Assembly (NCBI GenBank): GCA_029261895.1 | Contig: JAJDAK010000013.1 | Coordinates: 8,183-72,182 of the forward strand | Length of the DNA stretch: 64,000 nucleotides | Direction of reading: 5' to 3' | From: Deltaproteobacteria bacterium | GTDB taxonomy: Bacteria > Myxococcota_A > UBA9160 > SZUA-336 | Shown: positions 33,079 to 42,198 of the stretch, one piece after another | Position numbering within the stretch: position 1 is the first letter of the stretch | Layout: each line of letters opens with the position of its first letter | Made by a program: the position numbers and the translations under genes | Notes under the pieces: generated by a model | Seen by the model: the letters and a program-made list of their open reading frames with translations, nothing else | Databases searched by the model: none | What the model was told of the DNA's origin: nothing

Positions 33079-33495
33079 ATGATGGACTGGCGACAAGAAT
33101 GGGCCAAACGGCCGCTCTGGATGAACTTTGCGCTGCTGTTTTGCGCCTACATGGCACTCCTCTACGTGCCCTGGGATTTCTTCTTCAAACCCGTTGAGGA
33201 AGACGTGGAAGTCTGGTTCGGCGTGATGTTTCACGGGGAGACTGCAAAGTGGCTCACCCCACTCCACTGGATCGTTTACGCGGCCGGCACGATCGGGTTT
33301 TGGCAGATGAGTCGTTGGATGTGGCCATGGGCCACGATCTACATCGCCCAGATTGGGATCGGGTTTCTGGTCTGGAGCGTAAATCACTGGAGTGGGAGTT
33401 GGCTCGGTTGGGCGCTCGGCATCACATCGCTGGCACTCTGGGCGATTCCATGTGTCGCGCTCGCGCGCAATCGCAAACTCTTTGGTGCTGACTAG
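33079..33495 (+). CDS. small Trp-rich integral membrane protein (about 4 TM), unknown family
   Basis: The ATG at 33079 is preceded by AGGAGG (33067-33072). The sequence is MMDWRQEWAKRPLWMNFALLFCAYMALLYVPW...IGIGFLVWSV...LGITSLALWAIPCVAL. The upstream part of track ORF 32806 is antisense to the PilZ gene. Confidence 0.55.
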   Translation: MMDWRQEWAKRPLWMNFALLFCAYMALLYVPWDFFFKPVEEDVEVWFGVMFHGETAKWLTPLHWIVYAAGTIGFWQMSRWMWPWATIYIAQIGIGFLVWSVNHWSGSWLGWALGITSLALWAIPCVALARNRKLFGAD

Positions 33496-33529
33496 TGGTC
33501 CGATGGAGTCTTTCGGCCAGGGGTTAAAA

Positions 33530-34726
33530 CTATGGATGCAACACCTTACTCCAGGTCTTTACTGAAAAAGAAATCCGTTCACGCTGAACCTTTACGCCAC
33601 AAAAAACTGTTACATAGAGACTGTCTCCCTCTATAACACCGGTATAGAAAAGAAAACGTCCTGCGGTCGTCGGACAATCCTTAGGTGTCTCAAGATTGAA
33701 CTCCGAGTAGTGAAAGTCATTGCCCGTTGGAAAAACCAACACGATGCGACCGGACCAAAACGTCACGACCACTTGGCCCTGCGCGTTTACTTTCACATCC
33801 TGCGCAAAATCCAACGGGTCACGTGCGTCGAGCTTGATACGACCGACTTCACGGCCCTCCATCGTAATCCGAATCTGCAACTCGGGACCGTCTTCAACAA
33901 AATATCCACGGCCCCAGGCATCGAACGCCACGAAGAGCAGCTCAGGCGGCGCCGAATGACGACTCAGCGTGGTGCCGTCCGCCGCGAGCCGAATGGATTC
34001 AAAACGCAGCGTACCATCGGGGAGAAAAGTGTCTGTGTTGAGCCAGATGTCTTTGGACTTCGGGTCGACAGCAACCGACTTGACCGCGGTAAAAACTCCC
34101 AGCACCTGATCGAAGCGGACCTCCTGAACCACCTGACCATCGGGTGTCAACTCGAGCACACCCGCGTAGGTCTGCTTTGACACGTCCGCGGGAGAATCCG
34201 AATACCGCGTCACGTAGACATTGCCGTTCGGACCTTCTGTGAGCTCGTTGAATCCCGTGCCGATATCCTTGAACAGGTGCACATCACCCGACATGGGTTC
34301 GACATAGCCAAACTCCTCGAAATAGGTGGTGAAGTACACACGGCCATTCGAATGGGCCAGTACGTCCCAAACACTGGAACGCGCACCGGAACCCTTTCCG
34401 CGCAGGAGCAACGGTTCGAGAAACCGGTCACGCTTCATATCAAAACGACCCATCAGATGGTCGCCGACTTCGTGCAAATCTACTCGCGGATCTCCATCGT
34501 GCCGCCACCAGAGTTCCCAGAAAGGGCTCAGGCCGAAGTACAGCACGCCGTCACGTGCGTCGGCGTACCATGCGGAATAGTTCTCGCGCCCCGAGTTCCG
34601 ATCCCGCTGCTCAAAGATTCGACCTTCGCGACCACCGGGATGGTGACACGCGAGTACCGCGACCCCAACGAGCACGAAGACGAGTTGACGAAGACTAGGC
34701 ATCACGGCCAGACTAGCGCGCATCAT
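33530..34726 (-). CDS. putative lipoprotein, beta-propeller-like, unknown family
   Basis: 398 aa. It has a signal peptide with a lipobox-like VLAC. Repeated beta-strand-rich segments (GRVYFTTY, GNVYVTRY, DIWLNTD, GRGYFVED, QVVVTFW) suggest propeller blades. Confidence 0.55.
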   Translation of the reverse strand: MMRASLAVMPSLRQLVFVLVGVAVLACHHPGGREGRIFEQRDRNSGRENYSAWYADARDGVLYFGLSPFWELWWRHDGDPRVDLHEVGDHLMGRFDMKRDRFLEPLLLRGKGSGARSSVWDVLAHSNGRVYFTTYFEEFGYVEPMSGDVHLFKDIGTGFNELTEGPNGNVYVTRYSDSPADVSKQTYAGVLELTPDGQVVQEVRFDQVLGVFTAVKSVAVDPKSKDIWLNTDTFLPDGTLRFESIRLAADGTTLSRHSAPPELLFVAFDAWGRGYFVEDGPELQIRITMEGREVGRIKLDARDPLDFAQDVKVNAQGQVVVTFWSGRIVLVFPTGNDFHYSEFNLETPKDCPTTAGRFLFYTGVIEGDSLYVTVFCGVKVQRERISFSVKTWSKVLHP

Positions 34727-35387
34727 GGCAGATACACCGAAATCGTTTCACCTGAGTCCAGAGATTCATCACTACCTCGTAGAGCATGGCACTCCGCCCG
34801 ATACGATACTGCAAGGCCTGATTCAGGAAACCATGCAGCTCGGCGGCGTGTCGGTGATGCAGGTCGCCCCCGAGCAGGGTGCGTTCCTCACTCTCATCGC
34901 CAAGCTCATCGGCGCGCGCCAGGCCGTCGAGATAGGAACCTTCACGGGCTACTCCGCACTTTCTATCGCACGCGGACTTCTAGACGACGGGAAGCTGCTC
35001 TGCTGCGATGTCAGCGACGAATGGACGGCGATCGGTCGCAAATACTGGGAGAAAGCCGATGTCGCGCAGAAAATTGAGTTACGTATCGCACCTGCGCTCG
35101 ATACCTTGCGCGCGCTGCCGAGTGAGCCATGGATTGATTTGAGTTTCATTGACGCAGATAAAACGAATTACCTCGGGTACTACACTGAGCTCGTCTCGCG
35201 CACGAAACCCGGTGGGTTGATTTTGGTGGATAACGTGCTTTGGTTTGGTCGCGTTGTGGATGCGACGGCGAATGATCCGGACACGATCGCGATTCGTGAG
35301 TTCAATTCAGCGATCGCCGCGGATGCTCGAGTCGAGGCGGTGATGTTACCGATCGCCGATGGTCTAACGCTGATTCGAAAATTTTAG
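34725..35387 (+). CDS. class I SAM-dependent O-methyltransferase (caffeoyl-CoA OMT family)
   Basis: 220 aa. VEIGTFTGYSALSIA (SAM motif I), DLSFIDADKTNY and GGLILVDNVLW are hallmark motifs of the cation-dependent OMT family. Confidence 0.85.
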   Translation: MADTPKSFHLSPEIHHYLVEHGTPPDTILQGLIQETMQLGGVSVMQVAPEQGAFLTLIAKLIGARQAVEIGTFTGYSALSIARGLLDDGKLLCCDVSDEWTAIGRKYWEKADVAQKIELRIAPALDTLRALPSEPWIDLSFIDADKTNYLGYYTELVSRTKPGGLILVDNVLWFGRVVDATANDPDTIAIREFNSAIAADARVEAVMLPIADGLTLIRKF

Positions 35388-36961
35388 ACCGAATTGCGCG
35401 CAGCGAACTGTTCCCCGAGAAGGAACAGAATTGCGTCGTGGAGGTCAGCCTGGTTCACAGGACGTACAAGATAGGCGTCGAAGCCGGCATCGATGAGGTC
35501 CGAACCCTGTTGCCGATCGCCAGACTGAATGAGCGCCATGAGTCGTAGCGCAACGAAACGTTTGTCTTCCCGTAGTGTCTGGGCCAACTCGATTCCTTGT
35601 GGATCGTCCGCATTTACTTCGATCAATGCGGCGTGATACGGCTTTTGCGCGTTGATGTCCTGCTCGATCAGAACGCACACATCCGTCCCATGACCGATCT
35701 CCGTAACATCGCAGTCCCATGCGCGGAGTTGGTCTCCCAGAATCAAACGTCGCGTCGACGACGCTTCAACCAGCAGCAGGCGAGCGCTACGAATATCGCG
35801 GTCCTTCGCTTCGACAACCTGCGCTTTCTCTGAGATCTCGAACGAAACCTCACACCAGAATGTGGATCCCATCTCGGGTTCGCTTCGCACACCGATTCGT
35901 CCGCCCATCAGCTCAACGATTTCCTTGCAGATAGGTAGTCCGAGCCCGGTTGCCGCGGAACTATCGTGCTCCAACGCGCCCTCATCGTATGCAGAATTAA
36001 ATAGTGTATCGACTCGATCGGCTGGGACCCCAATTCCTGTATCGTGAATCTCGAATCGAAGGTGTACGGCCTTGCGGCGACGATAGAGTTGGCTGACACG
36101 GACGTTAACTTCACCACTATCCGTATATTTGATCGCGTTGTTGACTAGATTCAAGAGCACATGGCGAAGTCGTGCGGGGTCGCCTTTCAATCGCGCAGGC
36201 ACATCGGAACCGATCTGAACATCCAAGTATAGGCCGCGCTCTTGGGCTCGCAGATCGAGAATTGCGTAGAGGTCTTGGATGCAGTCGCGGATATCGAAGT
36301 CGATTGATTCGAGATGGAGCTTCGACGCTTCAATTTTCGAAAAATCAAGAATGTCATCGATGAGCTCGCGCAGAGCATCGTTGCAACCGCGCACAGTTTC
36401 CGCGTAGCGCCGAAGCTGATCTGGGGGATCGGACTCAAGCAGGAGATTCGTCATACCCAGGAGTCGATTGATGGGCCGACGCACTTCATGACTCATATTG
36501 GCCAGAAACTCACTCTTGATTCGAGATGCGCGTTCTGCTTGACACCGGTCGTCGTCGATTCGATGTACCAGCACCTCAACCGTGTCATACGCAATCTTCA
36601 CCCGAAGCGCAGAACGAACGCGAGCGGAAACGATCTCCATATCGAACGGCTTGATGACGTAGTCCTGCGCACCTGCATCAAGACCCTGGATGATCTGATG
36701 ACTGTTTTCCTCTGAAGACATCAGCAGTACGGGTACGCGCCGAAGTTTGCTATTCGTCTGCAGCCGACGACATACCTCGATGCCATCCACTTCTGGCGTC
36801 ATCACGTCGAGCAAAATGACGTCCGGGCTTTCGACACGCGCCAGTTTCAAAGCTTCGGCGCCGCCCCCGGCACGCACGACCTCGTACCCCTCGCGCTCGA
36901 AGCGCGCCGCAAGTAACAGCAGCGTTTCGCGGTCGTCGTCGACTATCAGAAGCTTGGCCAA
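35384..36961 (-). CDS. cytoplasmic hybrid histidine kinase: REC - HisKA - HATPase - degenerate REC
   Basis: 525 aa. N-terminal receiver: LLIVDDD...VILLDVMTPEVDG...VIKPF. H-box: FLANMSHEVRRPIN. N, G1 and G2 boxes: LVNNAIKYT, DTGIGV, GLGLPICKE. In the C-terminal receiver-like domain, Glu448 and Arg500 replace the phospho-Asp and conserved Lys. No TM or sensor domain. Confidence 0.85.
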   Translation of the reverse strand: MAKLLIVDDDRETLLLLAARFEREGYEVVRAGGGAEALKLARVESPDVILLDVMTPEVDGIEVCRRLQTNSKLRRVPVLLMSSEENSHQIIQGLDAGAQDYVIKPFDMEIVSARVRSALRVKIAYDTVEVLVHRIDDDRCQAERASRIKSEFLANMSHEVRRPINRLLGMTNLLLESDPPDQLRRYAETVRGCNDALRELIDDILDFSKIEASKLHLESIDFDIRDCIQDLYAILDLRAQERGLYLDVQIGSDVPARLKGDPARLRHVLLNLVNNAIKYTDSGEVNVRVSQLYRRRKAVHLRFEIHDTGIGVPADRVDTLFNSAYDEGALEHDSSAATGLGLPICKEIVELMGGRIGVRSEPEMGSTFWCEVSFEISEKAQVVEAKDRDIRSARLLLVEASSTRRLILGDQLRAWDCDVTEIGHGTDVCVLIEQDINAQKPYHAALIEVNADDPQGIELAQTLREDKRFVALRLMALIQSGDRQQGSDLIDAGFDAYLVRPVNQADLHDAILFLLGEQFAARNSV

Positions 36962-37025
36962 GATATACCCAAATCCACAAAGGGTTCACGGCTACTTCGG
37001 CAGATGATTGCGCACTCTTGAGACG

Positions 37026-37880
37026 CTATTCCGTCAGAAGGCTCAGCCAAATGACACCGGTAGCCACGATCGCCGACGCAGCCAAACGGCGCTTACCGAG
37101 AGGCTCGCCGAGAAAACGCGAACCAATCCAGGCGGCAAATACGACGCTCGTTTCACGAAGTGACGCCACATAGGCAAGCGGGCCTTGGCTCATCGCCCAG
37201 AGCACGATCGTGAAACCAAGGGTGCCGAGTACACCCCCTACGATTCCGCGAAGAACGTCCCGCCGTGGCGTACGAAATAACTGTGAACCACGACGCCAGA
37301 TACAGACAGCCAGTACCGGAATGCCATCGAAAACGAAGATCCAAGCCACGTAGGAAAAAGGATTCATCGTTGAGCGAACACCCAACCCATCCAACACAGT
37401 GTACGTGCCTATCATGGCCGCTGTTGCTAAGCCGACGATAACCGGTCGCAGGTCGCGTACGGTTTCACCTCCAGGAAAGGCGAGCAGAAAAATCCCGACC
37501 GAAACCACCAGCAGCGCCACCCCCTGCATCGGTGTCGGTACTTCGTTCGCATATAGGGCGGAAAGTACCGCAACCAGAAGCGGCGCGGTGCCACGCGCAA
37601 TGGGGTAGACATGACTCAGATCTCCAATGCGGAACCCCAATAGGAGAAAGGAATGATAGAGGGCATGAACGACGATCGACATCGCGAGAATCGACCACGC
37701 TGAACGGTCTAGCGGTGCTACAAAGCACAGGCCGATCAGACCCATCAATGATCCCGTGCAGTTCACCAAGGTCTGCGAAACGAGCCGATCGCTACTGCTT
37801 TTGACGATCGCATTCCAGGTTGCGTGGAGCAACGCTGACAGCAGTACCAAGCAGACGACTATGCTTCCTAGACCGGACAC
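37026..37880 (-). CDS. EamA/DMT family transporter
   Basis: 284 aa with about 10 hydrophobic helices in two similar halves. The N-terminus (LLSALLHATWNAIVK) is typical of EamA. Confidence 0.8.
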   Translation of the reverse strand: MSGLGSIVVCLVLLSALLHATWNAIVKSSSDRLVSQTLVNCTGSLMGLIGLCFVAPLDRSAWSILAMSIVVHALYHSFLLLGFRIGDLSHVYPIARGTAPLLVAVLSALYANEVPTPMQGVALLVVSVGIFLLAFPGGETVRDLRPVIVGLATAAMIGTYTVLDGLGVRSTMNPFSYVAWIFVFDGIPVLAVCIWRRGSQLFRTPRRDVLRGIVGGVLGTLGFTIVLWAMSQGPLAYVASLRETSVVFAAWIGSRFLGEPLGKRRLAASAIVATGVIWLSLLTE

Positions 37881-37937
37881 GTGGCGGAGGCTAACACGCG
37901 CGTACAGTCTTCGAAGGTCGTCGCCGATGCCCCCCCT

Positions 37938-38447
37938 ATGGGTACCGACGTCTTTATGAAAGCCGGCATGCTTCTGGGTGGCAGCTTAATGCTCGCAATC
38001 TACTTTAAACCTGTGGACATCAGCCTGCCTGAAATTCCCAATCCTAAACAATGGATTCAAGACATCGCCACGGGAAAGAAGAGCCCGACGATGAGCTCCT
38101 CGGAACCCAAGATCACTGTGATGGTCGTTGACACCAGGGCTAACGTCGACGCCATGCGTTCCGCAGTCGAACCCGGACGCATCATTGCCGATTCGCCAAA
38201 CGCATTTGCACTGAAAGAGGGCCGCGTGTTTACGACCGATGTCGCGTCGGCAAATATTCCTATCAACGATGCGGGCTGGGCGGGCCGACCGCTCGACATC
38301 ATTCAACCGCCATCACGTCGCGCAGATGTAACGGGCGAACTCTTCGATCCCGAGGAGAGCGAGCATGGTGGCGACAACAGCGACCTGATCAATAAAAAAG
38401 AACTGAGCTACGGCGAAACGATGCGCGTACTCAAGAACATGAACTAG
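37938..38447 (+). CDS. hypothetical protein with N-terminal TM/signal anchor
   Basis: The track ORF 37881 (GTG) abuts the divergent EamA start, so I prefer the ATG at 37938 or 37956. It has a hydrophobic MKAGMLLGGSLMLAIYF. No family recognised. Confidence 0.4.
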   Translation: MGTDVFMKAGMLLGGSLMLAIYFKPVDISLPEIPNPKQWIQDIATGKKSPTMSSSEPKITVMVVDTRANVDAMRSAVEPGRIIADSPNAFALKEGRVFTTDVASANIPINDAGWAGRPLDIIQPPSRRADVTGELFDPEESEHGGDNSDLINKKELSYGETMRVLKNMN

Positions 38448-39588
38448 TGCGCGTCGACTTAAGCGGGCTACTGCTCTGCAAGTGATCCACCGCACGATCC
38501 GCCTCTCGCCGCTCAGCCTCTAGAAACTGCCCTACCGCTTCACGCAAACGAAGATCTTCGATGTAGTGCATGCTGCGCGTTGTCTGTGCATCGAACCCGC
38601 GCACCTGCTTATGCTCGCCGCCTGCACCCGGCTCAAAGCGACGCAAACCCTGCTCGATGCAATACTCCACGGCGGAGTAGTAGCTCACATTGAAATGTAG
38701 GTGTCGTAGTTGCCGGGTACATCCCCAATAGCGGCCATAAAATACGTCGCCTTTGACAACATTGAGTGTTCCGGCAATCGGCTCGCCATCTAAATATGCA
38801 ACGATCAAACAAAGTCGGGAACGAAACCGTTCCCAAATCAGTTCAAAGAATTTTCTATTTAGATACTGGCGGCCCCATACATGCGCCGACACATTCGCAC
38901 AGTAAAACCGGTACATCGGATCTAAGAGCGAGTCGTCAATGTCTGCGCCCGCGTGCACCTTGATCTCAACACCCTGCTCGACGAGCGCCCGACGTTCTCG
39001 GCGGATCTGATTGCGCCGCTTGCTACGGAAATCGCTGAGATAGGCGTCAAAATTCGCATAGCCCGGATTCTGCCAATGATATTGGATGCCGTGACGAAGC
39101 TCGTATCCGGCCGCCCGCAGCGGAGCGACTTCATCATCCAGACAAAAACATGCGTGTACGCTCGAAAATCCCTGCTTTGCGCAGAGCTCGCGAACCGCGT
39201 TTCCGAGGTCCTGAATCCAGCGCGCTCGATCCTGTAATGGATCAACCAAGAAGCGGGTTCCGGTTACGGGCGTGAATGGAACTCCGATCCATAGCTTGGG
39301 ATAATATTTCTGCCCTGCCCGTTCGGCAGCATCCGCCCAGCCCCAGTCAAAGACGAACTCACCTTCGCTGTGTTGTTTGATGTAGAGCGGGCTTGCGGCG
39401 AGGAGTTCTCCGGCCTCTCGAGCGACAAGGATTCGGGGGTACCAACCGGATTCAGGCGCTAGCGCACCTGAATCTTCGAGAGATGCAAGCCAGTCCCACT
39501 CAAGAAAGGGCGAATCCGCGCCAACCAGCCGATCCCACGCATCACGATCCAGCTCGGCAACGCCATCTATGACCTCGAGTTTCGCCAT
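38431..39588 (-). CDS. GNAT-fold acyltransferase-like protein of the DUF482/COG3146 (FemAB-like) family
   Basis: 385 aa. The family was recognised from the N-terminal DAWDRLVG..SPFLEWDWLASLEDSG block and the overall length. Function unknown. Confidence 0.65.
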   Translation of the reverse strand: MAKLEVIDGVAELDRDAWDRLVGADSPFLEWDWLASLEDSGALAPESGWYPRILVAREAGELLAASPLYIKQHSEGEFVFDWGWADAAERAGQKYYPKLWIGVPFTPVTGTRFLVDPLQDRARWIQDLGNAVRELCAKQGFSSVHACFCLDDEVAPLRAAGYELRHGIQYHWQNPGYANFDAYLSDFRSKRRNQIRRERRALVEQGVEIKVHAGADIDDSLLDPMYRFYCANVSAHVWGRQYLNRKFFELIWERFRSRLCLIVAYLDGEPIAGTLNVVKGDVFYGRYWGCTRQLRHLHFNVSYYSAVEYCIEQGLRRFEPGAGGEHKQVRGFDAQTTRSMHYIEDLRLREAVGQFLEAERREADRAVDHLQSSSPLKSTRTSSCS

Positions 39589-39627
39589 GGCGTCAGTCTA
39601 CTGCAGATTCGCTGTTACAATCTCTAG

Positions 39628-39960
39628 ATGGCCGACAAACCGCAAAAACCCGAGCGCGCTCCCGGCACCGATCGAGAGCTCGGCGTAAAAGAGCGTCTGC
39701 GAGTCGCGCGACCGAAGCGATTCAAGGTCGTGTTGTATAACGATAGCTACACGCCCATGGAGTTTGTGGTGCAATTGCTTGAACAGCTCTTCCAGAAGGG
39801 ACCCGCGGAGGCCACACAATTGATGCTGGAAATTCATCACAAAGGCGCAGGCATCGCGGGGGTCTATGTTTTGGAGGTTGCCGAGACAAAAGTCGTCGCG
39901 GTGCACCGATTGGCAGAAGAAAGAGGTTATCCTCTGCGCGCTGGAGCCGAACCCGAATGA
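39628..39960 (+). CDS. clpS: ATP-dependent Clp protease adaptor ClpS
   Basis: 110 aa. FKVVLYNDSYTPMEFVVQLLEQLF...ATQLMLEIHHKG.A is the conserved ClpS core. The junction with clpA is an ATGA overlap. Confidence 0.9.
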   Translation: MADKPQKPERAPGTDRELGVKERLRVARPKRFKVVLYNDSYTPMEFVVQLLEQLFQKGPAEATQLMLEIHHKGAGIAGVYVLEVAETKVVAVHRLAEERGYPLRAGAEPE

Positions 39961-42188
39961 GTCATATCAACAGAGAGCTTGAACTCGCACTTCAGGCAGC
40001 TTTTCGCGAAGCTGCAGCGCGCCGACATGCGTACTTAACGGTCGAACATCTGCTTTATTCGCTCCTACACGATGAGAACGGTGCACGCATACTGCGGAAC
40101 TGTGGCGTGAATCTCGACGTTCTGCGTCGTGGCTTGGAGCGTTTCTTTGATGAGGAGCTTGAATCAAGTGAGGGCGACGAGCCCGTGCAGCCCTCACAAA
40201 CGCTAGCGTTTCATCGTGTAGTGCAATCTGCATTGCAACATGCCGAAACCGCGGAGAAGGAAGAGGTCGAAGCCGGCGATCTGCTGGCCGCGCTGTTTCA
40301 GGAACCTGACGCCCACGCACTGGCACTGCTTCGCGCACAGGGGGTCTCGCGAATTGATGTGCTTCGGTACATCTCGCACGGCGCTTCAAAAGGCGCCGAG
40401 GACGTGACAGGTGCGACCCCGTTCGATGATGACGGCGACGAAATCGCGGATCCACTGACCGCTTACGCGAGTAACCTAACCGCGCTCGCGCTCGATGGAA
40501 AACTCGACCCGATGATTGGAAGAGATATCGAAATCGAGCGCACGATTCATGTGTTAGCACGAAGGCGCAAGAACAATCCGATTTTCGTTGGCGAAACCGG
40601 TGTTGGAAAAACCGCGCTCGCTGAAGGTTTGGCATTGCGAATTCATCAAGGCCAAGTGCCGGACTTACTAAAGGATGCCGAAATCTATTCTTTGGATATG
40701 GGATCCTTGCTCGCAGGAACCAAGTATCGGGGAGACTTTGAGGCGCGGTTTAAGGCGCTGGTGGGTGCAGTCGCGGAACGACCCAATGCGATTGTTTTTA
40801 TCGACGAGATTCATTCGATCCTGGGCGCAGGGGCCGCGCAGGGTGCAACCGTCGATGCCTCGAGCATGCTCAAGCCATTGCTCCAGTCCGGCGAACTGCG
40901 CTGCATGGGGTCGACGACATTTGCAGAATATCGACGCTTCGAGAAGGACCGCGCACTGGCTCGGCGTTTCCAGCGCATCGATGTTCCTGAACCGTCGATC
41001 GACGATACGGTGAAAATTCTGCAGGGCCTCGCGCCACGCTACGAAGAGCATCACCAGGTGCACTACACCGTCCCCGCATTGCGGGCATGTGCGGAACTAT
41101 CTGCACGGCATTTGCTGGATCGGTTTCTGCCTGATAAAGCGATCGATTTAATGGACGAGGCAGGCGCTGCCGTTCGACTCCGCCGCGGCAAGGATCGGCG
41201 CAAGACCGTTGGCGTGCGGGATATCGAAGTCCTGATCGCGCGGATGGCGCAGATTCCAATCCCATCCGCGACCACGTCCGACCGCGACCAGCTTGAAAAT
41301 CTCGAATCGAAACTTAAGCGCGCCGTCTTCGGTCAGGACGCCGCCATTCGCAAAGTCGTTCAGGCGACCAAGCGATCACGCGCCGGACTCGGCGGTGAGG
41401 ATCGACCGGTCGGGTCATTTCTCTTCATGGGCCCCACCGGTGTGGGAAAGACCGAACTCGCGAAACAACTTGCCGCGAGTCTAGAAGTGCCCTTTCACCG
41501 CTTCGATATGAGCGAGTACGTGGAGAAGCATGCGATCGCACGCCTGATTGGCGCACCTCCCGGTTACGTGGGCTATGACGAGGGAGGAATCCTGGTCGAA
41601 CGCATCCGGCGCAGTCCTCACGCGGTTCTGCTGTTGGATGAAATCGAGAAAGCTCATCCTGACCTCTTCGATATTTTGTTGCAGGTCATGGATCATGCGA
41701 CACTGACCGACAATCATGGGCGCGAGGCAAACTTCAGGCATGTAACCCTGATCATGACGTCGAATGTGGGTGCACGCGAAATGACGACCCGGTCCATCGG
41801 GTTCTCCGGTGGCGCTGCCGGAGACGGCAGCCGTGAAATAGAACGGCTCTTCAGCCCCGAATTTCGAAATCGACTTGATGAGATCATCAAGTTCGAACAA
41901 CTGACACCGGAAGTAATGCACCGTGTCGTGGATAAATTCTTGGACGAAATTCGCGCCCAGCTCAAGGAAAAGAAGGTATCGCTAGAAATTTCCGATGCGG
42001 CCCTCGCTTGGTTGGCCCAGCGTGGCTTTGACCCTCTCTTTGGTGCGCGACCATTGGCACGGCTGCTTCAGACCGAACTCAAGGATAAACTTGCAAATGA
42101 GCTCTTGCTCGGCGCACTGACCAAAGGTGGCGTCGCGCGTATCGATGCCGGCGAAGACGAACTCACCTTTCAGTTCGATGGCGAGTAA
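39957..42188 (+). CDS. clpA: ATP-dependent Clp protease ATP-binding subunit ClpA
   Basis: 743 aa with a Clp_N repeat. There are two AAA+ modules, with Walker A motifs GETGVGKT and GPTGVGKT, plus Walker B motifs IVFIDEIH and VLLLDEIEKAH. No middle domain, so ClpA rather than ClpB. Confidence 0.92.
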   Translation: MSHINRELELALQAAFREAAARRHAYLTVEHLLYSLLHDENGARILRNCGVNLDVLRRGLERFFDEELESSEGDEPVQPSQTLAFHRVVQSALQHAETAEKEEVEAGDLLAALFQEPDAHALALLRAQGVSRIDVLRYISHGASKGAEDVTGATPFDDDGDEIADPLTAYASNLTALALDGKLDPMIGRDIEIERTIHVLARRRKNNPIFVGETGVGKTALAEGLALRIHQGQVPDLLKDAEIYSLDMGSLLAGTKYRGDFEARFKALVGAVAERPNAIVFIDEIHSILGAGAAQGATVDASSMLKPLLQSGELRCMGSTTFAEYRRFEKDRALARRFQRIDVPEPSIDDTVKILQGLAPRYEEHHQVHYTVPALRACAELSARHLLDRFLPDKAIDLMDEAGAAVRLRRGKDRRKTVGVRDIEVLIARMAQIPIPSATTSDRDQLENLESKLKRAVFGQDAAIRKVVQATKRSRAGLGGEDRPVGSFLFMGPTGVGKTELAKQLAASLEVPFHRFDMSEYVEKHAIARLIGAPPGYVGYDEGGILVERIRRSPHAVLLLDEIEKAHPDLFDILLQVMDHATLTDNHGREANFRHVTLIMTSNVGAREMTTRSIGFSGGAAGDGSREIERLFSPEFRNRLDEIIKFEQLTPEVMHRVVDKFLDEIRAQLKEKKVSLEISDAALAWLAQRGFDPLFGARPLARLLQTELKDKLANELLLGALTKGGVARIDAGEDELTFQFDGE

Positions 42189-42198
42189 AGCTGCTTAG

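Noticed and set aside
32950-33387. First 146 codons of minus ORF 32581..33387
   Set aside because: The translation is Pro/His-rich and lies antisense to a convincing RBS-preceded membrane-protein gene. The PilZ domain starts at Met147.
12247-33495. Possibility that the giant-gene region is a mobile genomic island
   Set aside because: No integrase, transposase, flanking tRNA gene or direct repeats are visible. I did not compute GC or codon statistics, so horizontal origin is neither supported nor excluded.
34277-35077. 266-aa plus-strand ORF spanning the divergent start region of the lipoprotein and O-methyltransferase genes
   Set aside because: It is out of frame with the well-supported OMT gene and antisense to the lipoprotein gene, and its composition is not protein-like.
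39967-40635. 222-aa minus-strand ORF inside clpA (also 40668..41063, 41481..41921)
   Set aside because: It is antisense to a highly conserved AAA+ gene, and the Arg-rich translation is typical of GC-rich shadow frames.
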